DNA from: a virus
IMG/VR virus record: IMGVR_UViG_3300006921_000009
Coordinates: 1 to 64,000 of that record
Direction: 5' to 3' (one strand)
Length of the DNA: 64,000 bases
The notes under the pieces were generated by a model that saw only the letters and a program-made list of their open reading frames with translations, was not told where the DNA came from and made no database searches. Shown in pieces: positions 18,337 through 26,831 of the stretch (positions are counted from its first letter, which is position 1; each line of letters begins with the position of its first letter). A program made the translations under genes and the position numbers.

Positions 18337-18567
18337 TTAACCTCTGAAAGGTACGTATGATTCATCTTCTACATCTTCAAGCTTTTGCTCAACTATGTAG
18401 TACTCATAACCTTTACTCTTCATGTACTTGTCTACCTCCTCTAAAAGAGAGTGATCAAACATACCTGTTGCTTTAGTAGCCCATTGGTAAAAACCTGCTA
18501 CCATTTTTGTAACTTTAATACGAGGTTCCCCGTTATACAAAGTCACTGTTTCTTGTACTGCATCCAT
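18337..18567 (-). CDS. Hypothetical protein (probable start MDAVQETV)
   Basis: Fills the gap between neighbours; the listed upstream extension overlaps the previous gene. Confidence 0.5.
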   Translation of the reverse strand: MDAVQETVTLYNGEPRIKVTKMVAGFYQWATKATGMFDHSLLEEVDKYMKSKGYEYYIVEQKLEDVEDESYVPFRG

Positions 18568-19345
18568 CTTCTGATTCAATTTTAAATTGGTTTTTGTAAA
18601 TTTCTTGGTCAAGTACATAAGTATCTAATAACTCAGCATCATCTGATAGTTTAGCACCTAAATCTGACTCAATTTTTGCCTTTCTCTCTGCACTTTTATA
18701 GAGGATCTGCCCGATTGCTTTAGTTCTGTTGCTATTATGAAATTCCATAATCCTAACCTTTGCTTGGTTAGATATTTGTGAGTATTTACCCTCCATAATC
18801 AAAGCAACATCTTCTGCATACTTTTCTGGTATTGTAAATTTGTACATTGAATGGTACTTATCTGGTTCTGTAGACCCTATAAAGTCCCTTCTGTTCTCTA
18901 TTGTCATTTCAAAATCAGCAAAACTTTTAGCACCAGAAAACCTGTATAATAAATACAATTCTGTGCCATCATGTTTAGCTTCATCTCCTATAAAGGCATT
19001 AGTAAATTCTACTGACCAACGCCAATAGTTTCTATTATTGCCCAAAAAAGGCATTAAAAATGTACCTGTTGTTGTTATTTTACGAAAAGTGTATAGTTCG
19101 TATCCTGTAGTGGTTCTACTGCTTTTCTTTACTTCGCTTATTTTATATTTCTGCTTGCCAACTGTTATGACATCGCCTTTACTTATTCTGTAGTCCCCAT
19201 CATAATCAAGACCAACGAGTTTCCCCTTTTCATCTAACACTTCGTATTTAGCAGCTACTGGATGTATAGAAATTAATCTAGTACTCAATGCTTCCATACG
19301 GATGTCTACACCATTTGGTAGTGTAGTAGATGTGATTTTTCTCAT
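18533..19345 (-). CDS. Hypothetical protein of the replication module
   Basis: 270-aa ORF, start overlaps the exonuclease stop. Confidence 0.6.
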   Translation of the reverse strand: MRKITSTTLPNGVDIRMEALSTRLISIHPVAAKYEVLDEKGKLVGLDYDGDYRISKGDVITVGKQKYKISEVKKSSRTTTGYELYTFRKITTTGTFLMPFLGNNRNYWRWSVEFTNAFIGDEAKHDGTELYLLYRFSGAKSFADFEMTIENRRDFIGSTEPDKYHSMYKFTIPEKYAEDVALIMEGKYSQISNQAKVRIMEFHNSNRTKAIGQILYKSAERKAKIESDLGAKLSDDAELLDTYVLDQEIYKNQFKIESEDGCSTRNSDFV

Positions 19346-20091
19346 TATGTAATTATTTTAATTGGGTCTTTTAATTCAGGTATGTATCCTACAGCACCTA
19401 AAAAGTCTTCATCTGTTCTTAACATATAAACTTGTCTGAAGTTCTTTTGGTACTCATATAGGGCAATACCTGGTTGTTTAAAGTGCTCTAAGTAAGCTTT
19501 ATAGGCAGCAAGTGGATATAATTCCGGTCTTACCTCATCTATAATCTTCTTAGCTTTAGCTTCTCCTTTACCTGGGATTCCTTTAATATTGTCGCCACTA
19601 TCTCCCATAATAGATTGTACGTGAAGAAACTTATTAGCTTCTTCTTTAGTTGTAATAGAGTACTCATCTTTACGGTAGTTATACATACTACCTTCAACTT
19701 GCTTTATTACGTCCTTATCTATAGCACATACAAAGCTCTTAGAAATGTCAGGGAATTTACCATCTAGAAACTGTTGCTGTATATATGCAACTGCGTCATC
19801 TGCTTCTACTCCTGCCCAATCTTCTGCTTGATACTGTTCTCTTAAATAAGCCTTTAATGTTCTAAGATATAGTAAAGGACTACTCTTAGATCTTGTTCCT
19901 TTGTAGTCTTCATTTATGTTATGTCTAAAGTACTTACCTTTAGATAACAACAGATAGTAATCAGTACTACCTGTTGTTTCTAAAATTTTAGCTATTAAAC
20001 TATCTATTTTCTCAACACTTTCTTGTATAGTGTCTTTTGAACATAAATAACATAAAGAATCCCCATCAATAATTGCGAGTGTTCTTTCCAT
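19345..20091 (-). CDS. 5'-3' exonuclease / flap endonuclease (PIN-like, T7 gp6 / T5 D15 family)
   Basis: IIDGD, YKGTR, EADD, IDKD, GDSGDNIKGIPGKG motifs. Confidence 0.9.
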   Translation of the reverse strand: MERTLAIIDGDSLCYLCSKDTIQESVEKIDSLIAKILETTGSTDYYLLLSKGKYFRHNINEDYKGTRSKSSPLLYLRTLKAYLREQYQAEDWAGVEADDAVAYIQQQFLDGKFPDISKSFVCAIDKDVIKQVEGSMYNYRKDEYSITTKEEANKFLHVQSIMGDSGDNIKGIPGKGEAKAKKIIDEVRPELYPLAAYKAYLEHFKQPGIALYEYQKNFRQVYMLRTDEDFLGAVGYIPELKDPIKIIT

Positions 20092-20864
20092 TATGATTTC
20101 ATTAATATTAAATACTCTTCATACTTATCACCTAGTTTAGCGTAAGCATTTTTAATAAATGAGTTATCATGAGAACCAGTTAAATCTAGATCAACGCTTT
20201 GTGCATAACCTAAATGATAATGGTGTACCCATTGTCTAAACTGATTTCCCTCTAGCCTATTAACAAATATAGAATCAGGTTTAATAGTAGGTACAGTAAT
20301 TAACTGAATACCATCAAAGATAGCATTAGCTATTCTGTCCTGCTCTGTCATTAGAATTTTACATTCTCTCTCATTTGTCATAAAAGCACATTCTATAAGT
20401 ACAGCTGGACAATTAGTCCGTGTAACCATAGCAAATCCTGCTTCTTTAAGCCCACGCATTCTAAACTCCGTCATTTCTTTTAAGTACTCATCGGCTAATA
20501 TCTTTGCAATTGCATCAGATTTAGTTTCCCCTCTAGAAGTATAAATAGAAAATCCGTTAGCTGACTCCTTATTGAATGCATCAGCATGTACAGATATAAG
20601 AATAGCATCTGGATTGTTTTTGTATAGTGAATTAGCCCTACGACACCTTTCTGATAGTGAGATATCTTCCCACTCTGGTACAATAAGTTCACAAACTATC
20701 CCTGCATCATCACATAACTCTTTAATTCTAGAAGTGATTTCTCTATTAAATACGCCTTCAAATAACTGCGTACCATCACTCCATACTGGTGATCTTTTAC
20801 CAGGTGTCACATAAACCCCAGTTTCAGGGTTTAGTGCACCATGACCATTATCTAATATAATCAT
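20091..20864 (-). CDS. N-acetylmuramoyl-L-alanine amidase (Amidase_3)
   Basis: LDNGHG, E, ISVHAD, PAVLIECAFM zinc-amidase motifs. Confidence 0.9.
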   Translation of the reverse strand: MIILDNGHGALNPETGVYVTPGKRSPVWSDGTQLFEGVFNREITSRIKELCDDAGIVCELIVPEWEDISLSERCRRANSLYKNNPDAILISVHADAFNKESANGFSIYTSRGETKSDAIAKILADEYLKEMTEFRMRGLKEAGFAMVTRTNCPAVLIECAFMTNERECKILMTEQDRIANAIFDGIQLITVPTIKPDSIFVNRLEGNQFRQWVHHYHLGYAQSVDLDLTGSHDNSFIKNAYAKLGDKYEEYLILMKS

Positions 20865-20874
20865 TATTTAGGTT

Positions 20875-21963
20875 TTAGTGAATAATTACTATTTGTTTGT
20901 CTTCCAACGTTTTTTGTGCAGTTAAACTTTCTAACATATTTCTTTGTAAATCGTCATTGTAGTCAACGCTTTCTATAGCATTAAGCTCTGGTTCTCCTCC
21001 TTTGATACCATCTGCAAATACCTCGTTATAGAAACTATTACCGTTGATTCTTTCTACTTTAACATCAGATAACACATCTACCATACCTTTTCGTATTAGT
21101 CTTACTAATTCTTTACTATAAATAGAATCTTCTTTATCAAAGTCCTTATCTAAAGTAATAGTAAAAATAGATTTATTTATATCCAATGTATCTTCAGATT
21201 TTTTTGCTCCTGTAGTTAATTTTAATAGATAATAATCTACATAATCAGGATTTAAAGTTAACATAGCAATAACTTTTCTGTTATTATGATCTACAAGAGA
21301 AAAATGATTTGCCTCTAGACCAAAATCCCGGAACTGAAAATACTCCCCTCTACTACTATTCTTAGACTTAAACCATCCAAATAAATCTTGGTATCTTGCT
21401 GCTCCAGCTCTAAGGCTAAGAAGCCTATCAAATCTATTAGGTAATCTTAAACTAGCATCTAATAAGTCAGAAAATACTTTTTCTAATTGATCCGCTGGTT
21501 TATTAACTAAGTTAGGGTTAAGTATTACTGGAGAAATAGAATTAATCTTATGAAGATCTCTACGATTATCTATACTTAATCTAACGTAAGTGTCTAGTTT
21601 CTCGCTTTCATCACGTTGGTAAGTATCAACACTTACATAATTTGATCTATTTGTACGTAGTCTACCACTTGCTCTGCCGTAAGTACTATAACGTGTACTA
21701 TTCATTAATCCTTCAGTAGCTATATTTTGTCTTCCTCCTAATAAATAAAATGGAATTCTACTTAAATTTTCAGTATAGACTGTATAACTTCTTGTATTAG
21801 CCATATACCTACCTTTTAGCCAACGGTTAAATAACTCTTGTGTATTCTCCATATCAGAATAGGACTCGTTGAATCTAGCACGACTTCTGTGAATATGATG
21901 TGATAAGAAATCACTAACTGTATCTTTTAATACTTCTTCGCTTACTTTTATGTGTCTTCCCAT
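20875..21963 (-). CDS. Hypothetical protein directly downstream of the E1-like gene
   Basis: 362-aa ORF, no motif recognised. Confidence 0.6.
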   Translation of the reverse strand: MGRHIKVSEEVLKDTVSDFLSHHIHRSRARFNESYSDMENTQELFNRWLKGRYMANTRSYTVYTENLSRIPFYLLGGRQNIATEGLMNSTRYSTYGRASGRLRTNRSNYVSVDTYQRDESEKLDTYVRLSIDNRRDLHKINSISPVILNPNLVNKPADQLEKVFSDLLDASLRLPNRFDRLLSLRAGAARYQDLFGWFKSKNSSRGEYFQFRDFGLEANHFSLVDHNNRKVIAMLTLNPDYVDYYLLKLTTGAKKSEDTLDINKSIFTITLDKDFDKEDSIYSKELVRLIRKGMVDVLSDVKVERINGNSFYNEVFADGIKGGEPELNAIESVDYNDDLQRNMLESLTAQKTLEDKQIVIIH

Positions 21964-21979
21964 AATTTTAATTTATTAA

Positions 21980-22004
21980 GAGGACTACACTTAGTATAGC
22001 CCTC
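21980..22004 (-). terminator. Hairpin after the E1-like gene
   Basis: GAGGGCUAUAC-UAA-GUGUAGUCCUC on the minus strand; weak U-tract. Confidence 0.5.
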
Positions 22005-22012
22005 AATAATGT

Positions 22013-22693
22013 TTATAATTCTTCTCCTGCAACGTACATCATAGGCAAAGCAAAATCTGTCTTAAATGGAATCACACGGTCATTATTACCACTAGCTTTA
22101 TTGGCTATGTAATTGTTTAGACCTGATACCATCAAAGAGCCGATAAGTGCTCCGCAATGACTAGTAGATTTAAAAGAGCAAGGTGCTTCTGCAACTTCAC
22201 TATCTTCAAACAGATGTTTTCTGTATTCTTCTTCCTGTCCTTTTTGAACAAGAAAAACCATACCAACTTCTGCTAACATTCTACCATCTACAAATAACTC
22301 ACGCTTTTCATAGGTTGCCCATTTCTCAAACATAGCTTTACGAGCTGACATATTGTCAAAACAGCTAAATGTTACAGGAGCAACCATACCGTCTTCTGTT
22401 GTCCACCTATCATAAGTGTTAACAGTAGCGTCTGATCCACAGAAGTTTTTAATATTTGCTTCTGCTGCGTGTGTTTTAAATAATCCTATTTGATTTGTAC
22501 TAAATAATTGACCTCCCATATTGGTTTCATCAATTTCATCCATATCATATAGATATAATTTGTGTCCTATTCTACCTAAGAATAGTGTTGCCCAGCTACC
22601 TATACCGCCAACCCCTCCCACAACTATGTGTAGGAGAGATTTAGCCCAAGGTGCGTCTGAAAATCTAACTTTTTTGTTATCTACTTCGCTCAT
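22013..22693 (-). CDS. E1-like / ThiF-family adenylating enzyme (probable start MSEVDNK at 22693)
   Basis: GVGGIG nucleotide-binding loop, YDMDEIDETNMGGQ, K, CFDNMSAR, VDGRM; candidate catalytic Cys in EAPCS. Confidence 0.88.
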   Translation of the reverse strand: MSEVDNKKVRFSDAPWAKSLLHIVVGGVGGIGSWATLFLGRIGHKLYLYDMDEIDETNMGGQLFSTNQIGLFKTHAAEANIKNFCGSDATVNTYDRWTTEDGMVAPVTFSCFDNMSARKAMFEKWATYEKRELFVDGRMLAEVGMVFLVQKGQEEEYRKHLFEDSEVAEAPCSFKSTSHCGALIGSLMVSGLNNYIANKASGNNDRVIPFKTDFALPMMYVAGEEL

Positions 22694-22710
22694 TTTTTTA
22701 GTCTTTGTTT

Positions 22711-24015
22711 TTATTTTAGTTCTCTTTCTAAGCAATATTGCTCAGATACTGGTACTCCAGTTAATCTCTTTACTTCTTCTGCATCAAATTCATCTTCAAA
22801 TAATAAATACTCATCTATTATTGTAGTTAATGAATCATAACAAGTCAAGCTTGTATATGGCTCAAGAATTGCATACATAGATACTGCTATTGCGTGTAAA
22901 TCAAGTTGCGTTAAATTACGACCAAAGTATAGCTCACAGTTTTCTGCAAAGTCTGCTTCTACTGTTTCCATAAATTTAGCAATCTCAACAATATCTGTTT
23001 CTTCTTCAATAGACATAATAACTTCGTGTATGTTTAAATACATTTCATTAGTTTGACCTAAAATTTGACCCAATAACGGTTCACATAAAGTTGAATAGAA
23101 TTCTCCATCTAAAGCTTTTTCTTCTTCTAAATGTGCTGCTTCTATTCTATCAGCTATACCGTAACTAAAAGCATCAAAATGTCCATTCCAATCATCATCA
23201 AAATCTGTACCAGCATCACTATATACTACAGTAGATGGTTTTACAGGTGTTTGTTGAGAAAATAAAGAAGGCTGGTTCCAAGACTGCCATTTATTACTAT
23301 TATAACTAGTATAAGTTGCCTTAGCTGCTTTTTCTTTCTTTTTTGCTGTAATACTATCAATTCTTTCTTGTAGTCCTTCAGGAGCTTTTGTATCTGATGC
23401 TAAACTAAGTTTACAATCCATTAGATATAACATTTCCTCTGTTTGCGTTAAATCTTGTTTGTCTACTTGTGTGATAGGTCCTTTTGCACCTACCCAAGTC
23501 TTAGTTGTTTCTTTTTTACCTACAGTAGTCTCTGTACCGCATACTGCAACTTTAGCACACCAATCTTCAACGTTCTTATAGTTTACAATTAAACTTAAAT
23601 AGTAGTTGTGTTGAGGTGCATTATCATGTAATTCTGCTGTATCTGTACCAGAAAAGTAACAAGCCATATTATGATGTGTATGCAAGTGACCTATCTTACC
23701 TCCAGCTTCTAGATGATCCATCCATTGCTCTGTAGCGTAATCGTCCCCAGCTTCCATATCATATTCTGTATATGCACTTGTTCCTATATCCATAAGAATA
23801 CAATCATCTACTGATATAACCCATTTATTAGGGTCAGTATCAATAGATCCTTCTTTAGTAGAGTACAATAAAATTGCACTCCACTCTGTGTTTTGTTTAA
23901 CCTGCTTATGTAAAAAGTTAACTTTATTTACAAAGTTATCTGATAACACTACGCTAGGTGTGTATTTTGTCTTTACTTCCGTTCTTTTTGCTTTTACTTT
24001 GCTTAATTTTTCCAT
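22711..24015 (-). CDS. JAB/MPN+ (JAMM) metallo-isopeptidase with a long acidic C-terminal extension
   Basis: E in NTEWSA plus HTHHNMACYFSGTD = exact HxH-x7-S-x2-D motif. Confidence 0.85.
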   Translation of the reverse strand: MEKLSKVKAKRTEVKTKYTPSVVLSDNFVNKVNFLHKQVKQNTEWSAILLYSTKEGSIDTDPNKWVISVDDCILMDIGTSAYTEYDMEAGDDYATEQWMDHLEAGGKIGHLHTHHNMACYFSGTDTAELHDNAPQHNYYLSLIVNYKNVEDWCAKVAVCGTETTVGKKETTKTWVGAKGPITQVDKQDLTQTEEMLYLMDCKLSLASDTKAPEGLQERIDSITAKKKEKAAKATYTSYNSNKWQSWNQPSLFSQQTPVKPSTVVYSDAGTDFDDDWNGHFDAFSYGIADRIEAAHLEEEKALDGEFYSTLCEPLLGQILGQTNEMYLNIHEVIMSIEEETDIVEIAKFMETVEADFAENCELYFGRNLTQLDLHAIAVSMYAILEPYTSLTCYDSLTTIIDEYLLFEDEFDAEEVKRLTGVPVSEQYCLERELK

Positions 24016-24024
24016 AATCTTTGT

Positions 24025-25230
24025 TTATAAAGTTTGGTGTCTGTAATTTCTATTAAATTCATACACAGTATCTAAATAGAGATTAGTTACTGCTAAAATA
24101 CTTGTATTATCTATATCTATAGTTTCCCAATTGATATTTGGAGCTACTTCTTCACTATCTAGATTAGCTATAACATTATCTAAAGTAATTTCAAAATGGA
24201 CAGGTTGTCCTCCCCATGTTAAAACCCTATCAGCTTGTTCTGAACCATTAAATGCTTCTGCTTGTGTTATTTTGGCTAAATACCTAGATATAGGGTGGCT
24301 AAATCCTTCTGAATTATTACTTAAAGGGATAAAATTATAATTAACTTTGTTACCTAGTATAGATGTTAAAAGTCTTCTTTCTACTATTGCATCATCTAAT
24401 TCCCATTGTTCTTTTAGTACTAACCTAAGTGCCGGTACTATAGAATTATTAACATTAGATATTGCTACTGGGTCTCTTCTTGTTGCTCTATTTAAATCAA
24501 TTCTACTATTTATATCTCCTACTATCTCAGGTTGTAGTTCAGGATTTTCTGATAATACCTTTAGTAAACTATTTTTAATACGTTTTTTTACTCTATATTC
24601 TTCAAGTAGCTCCGAACAGCTACCATTATCGTTGTCTTTTTCATGTACTACATTTCTTATATGGTAATAAGGTCCACCACCTATTGATTCCCATACTGCA
24701 TAAGTACGTAGCAACAATAAAGTTTCTGTTAAAAGTGATTCTGTAATACCTTCTACTGCCATATGTGTTGTAGCAAAAGCTAATTCGGTACCACCACCTA
24801 AACACATAGTACGCCATGTAAAATACTCAGTTATATCTCCTCTAGTGCCGCTTCTATTATTGTGTGGATGTGCAAAGCCTAGCATTGCTTCTAATGTAGT
24901 AGCACTTGTTCTTAGTGCTTTTAATTCTGGAGTAACTAACTTTGAAAAATCATCACTAATAGGTAAAGCTATATGATAATTTGTTATAGTATGGCTATCT
25001 CCTCTTCTGTTTGTAATTGTTCCTTCTGGAATCCTAACAACTAAACGCCAGGTAGGACGTACGTCACTATTATACCTCCAGGCTTCTGTTAAGTTATCTT
25101 CACATAGCGACAAGTCCCAATCTCCTGGGAATATTGCTTCCGCTACACTTGTTATTAAGTCAATTTTTAGTTGACGTGGATCCTTTTCTTCGCTTACTAC
25201 TTCTATTTCTTCGTTTACTTGTTCTGTCAT
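24025..25230 (-). CDS. Prokaryotic E2-like (UBC-fold) conjugating enzyme with a C-terminal extension
   Basis: FAHPH...MCLGGG (HPx...C pattern) followed by a helix and WES.GGPY; lies between the Ubl and JAB genes. Confidence 0.65.
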   Translation of the reverse strand: MTEQVNEEIEVVSEEKDPRQLKIDLITSVAEAIFPGDWDLSLCEDNLTEAWRYNSDVRPTWRLVVRIPEGTITNRRGDSHTITNYHIALPISDDFSKLVTPELKALRTSATTLEAMLGFAHPHNNRSGTRGDITEYFTWRTMCLGGGTELAFATTHMAVEGITESLLTETLLLLRTYAVWESIGGGPYYHIRNVVHEKDNDNGSCSELLEEYRVKKRIKNSLLKVLSENPELQPEIVGDINSRIDLNRATRRDPVAISNVNNSIVPALRLVLKEQWELDDAIVERRLLTSILGNKVNYNFIPLSNNSEGFSHPISRYLAKITQAEAFNGSEQADRVLTWGGQPVHFEITLDNVIANLDSEEVAPNINWETIDIDNTSILAVTNLYLDTVYEFNRNYRHQTL

Positions 25231-25242
25231 AATTAACTTATT

Positions 25243-25272
25243 AAAAAGAGGAGAGCATTATACCCTCCTCTT
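25243..25272 (-). terminator. Intrinsic terminator between the Ubl/micro-ORF and the E2-like gene
   Basis: AAGAGGAGGG-UAUAAUG-CUCUCCUCUU-UUU. Confidence 0.7.
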
Positions 25273-25294
25273 ATATTATTGGTTTAAATCTTCG

Positions 25295-25417
25295 TTAAGG
25301 AGTATCCTCAGTTTCTGAAATAATTGCAGGTATTACTACCTTTTTATGCCACTTTAAAATGACATTTTTTAATCTTTTTACCTCAGAGTCAATTTTCTTT
25401 TGATCTTCAGCTGTCAT
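25295..25417 (-). CDS. Unlisted 40-aa micro-ORF (MTAEDQKKIDSEVKRLKNVILKWHKKVVIPAIISETEDTP)
   Basis: ATG 1 nt after the Ubl stop codon; ends before the terminator. Confidence 0.55.
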   Translation of the reverse strand: MTAEDQKKIDSEVKRLKNVILKWHKKVVIPAIISETEDTP

Positions 25418-25418
25418 C

Positions 25419-25658
25419 TTACTTACCAGATTTAATTTTACTTGGTGTTAAGAATACAGAAAACGCTCCTACAGGAAGTACACTGCTGTCAGATGTTAAT
25501 CCTTCACGTACACCTCTAATCATTGCTGATGAGTCATTTGCATTAAAAGAACCTTCTGCATTAATTTCTGCTTTAAGCTCTCCCCATACTGTTGCTGCAG
25601 ATGTTAATTCTACTCTTACGTCTCCTTGTGGGCTGATAATTGTGATAATTCTGTTCAT
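25419..25658 (-). CDS. Ubiquitin-like (beta-grasp) protein ending ...KIKSG-K
   Basis: 79 aa; beta-beta-alpha-beta pattern (RIITII..VRVEL..TVWGELKAEI..FSVFLT); penultimate Gly; first gene of the E2-JAB-E1 cluster. Confidence 0.7.
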   Translation of the reverse strand: MNRIITIISPQGDVRVELTSAATVWGELKAEINAEGSFNANDSSAMIRGVREGLTSDSSVLPVGAFSVFLTPSKIKSGK

Positions 25659-25672
25659 AGTCTTTGTTTTTT

Positions 25673-26251
25673 TTAAGATAAAAGAGCAAATTCATATTTG
25701 CGTCTCATTAATAATTTGTTTGAAGTATGCACTTTTGCAATACCGTTTTCGTCATATGTTTTATAATGACAATATAATAATATTTTTTTAGGGTTTTTTA
25801 GTAAACCTTTGCTCATAGCTGTAGCTAATCTACCTAATCCGCAATTGTAACTAAATAATCCTAAAGCTAAGAGAGTATCTCCTTTAACGTCATACTTAGC
25901 CTGTGTAGCATCAAGATAACTTTGAAAGTCTTTCTTTAATATTACATCGGCTACACTATCAGTTATGTTCTGATACGTCTCTCCTTTGAGCAAATGATGC
26001 CCATATCCTATTGTTGGCGAACCGTCATTATCTAAATAGATATTGCTCCTAAAACCTTCAAAAGATTTTATGTGTTCTATTGCATCTAGAAATGCACTAT
26101 CTACAACAGTATTCTCTGTTGGCATAAGTGTATCTTCTATTAGTGATGGCGTGTGTATAGGTACACACTTAGTTTTATTCTCATAAGATACTCCTATAAG
26201 AAGAAAACTTAAAAAGGTTATTGTAATAACCCTTAGTTTAAATTTAACCAT
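25673..26251 (-). CDS. Phage lysozyme (GH24) with an N-terminal signal/anchor
   Basis: EGFRSNIYLDNDGSPTIGYGH (E-x8-D-x5-T), FSYNCG, LMRRKYE; hydrophobic N-terminus. Confidence 0.85.
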   Translation of the reverse strand: MVKFKLRVITITFLSFLLIGVSYENKTKCVPIHTPSLIEDTLMPTENTVVDSAFLDAIEHIKSFEGFRSNIYLDNDGSPTIGYGHHLLKGETYQNITDSVADVILKKDFQSYLDATQAKYDVKGDTLLALGLFSYNCGLGRLATAMSKGLLKNPKKILLYCHYKTYDENGIAKVHTSNKLLMRRKYEFALLS

Positions 26252-26831
26252 TTATTAGGTCTATAGTAAATACTAATTTCCGCTGTTCTGCTGTCTCAAC
26301 GAAATGGTATCTTTTCCTCCCTGACTCTATTACGAAGTCTGGGCTGTCATCTGGAATTATACCACATTCCTGGAGCGCATCCTCAAAGAACTTTTCTAAT
26401 AACCACATATTACTTGCGTCAGGCATGTTACCACGCTTAATTTCATATATATCACAACTGATACTAAAGAATTTTCCTTCAGGTAGTGTGATTGGTGTTA
26501 ATTGTTCTTTAATAAACGTACTAAAATACTCATGGTAATACTTTGCAATTGTCTTGCGTAAACGCCAATTTAAAGTTGCATTGTATAAATCTTGACCATT
26601 GAGTATCCATCTATTCTCTGTGCCTACTTTTTTTGTGTTCTTAACGAACCTGTTCCCCTCTACATCAGCACAATAAGCCTTAGCTCCTCTAGTGAGAGGC
26701 TTAGGGCTTAACTGTGTTGCATATTTTTTAGGGAGTTTTTCCCGGTCCTTCCAAAGCCAGTATTTAGCTCTAGTGTTCTCAGATTTCAAATAACTAGCTT
26801 CCCAATTGGGAATTGTAACTGTATTTTTCAT
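26244..26831 (-). CDS. rusA: RusA-like Holliday junction resolvase
   Basis: PDASN..LEKFFEDAL...IIPDDS motif. Confidence 0.75.
   Translation of the reverse strand: MKNTVTIPNWEASYLKSENTRAKYWLWKDREKLPKKYATQLSPKPLTRGAKAYCADVEGNRFVKNTKKVGTENRWILNGQDLYNATLNWRLRKTIAKYYHEYFSTFIKEQLTPITLPEGKFFSISCDIYEIKRGNMPDASNMWLLEKFFEDALQECGIIPDDSPDFVIESGRKRYHFVETAEQRKLVFTIDLING

Noticed and set aside
22013-22693. ThiF/MoeB as a thiamine or molybdopterin auxiliary metabolic gene
   Set aside because: No thiG/thiS-GG/moaE context; neighbours are JAB and E2-like genes, which favours protein conjugation. A sulfur-relay role is not formally excluded.
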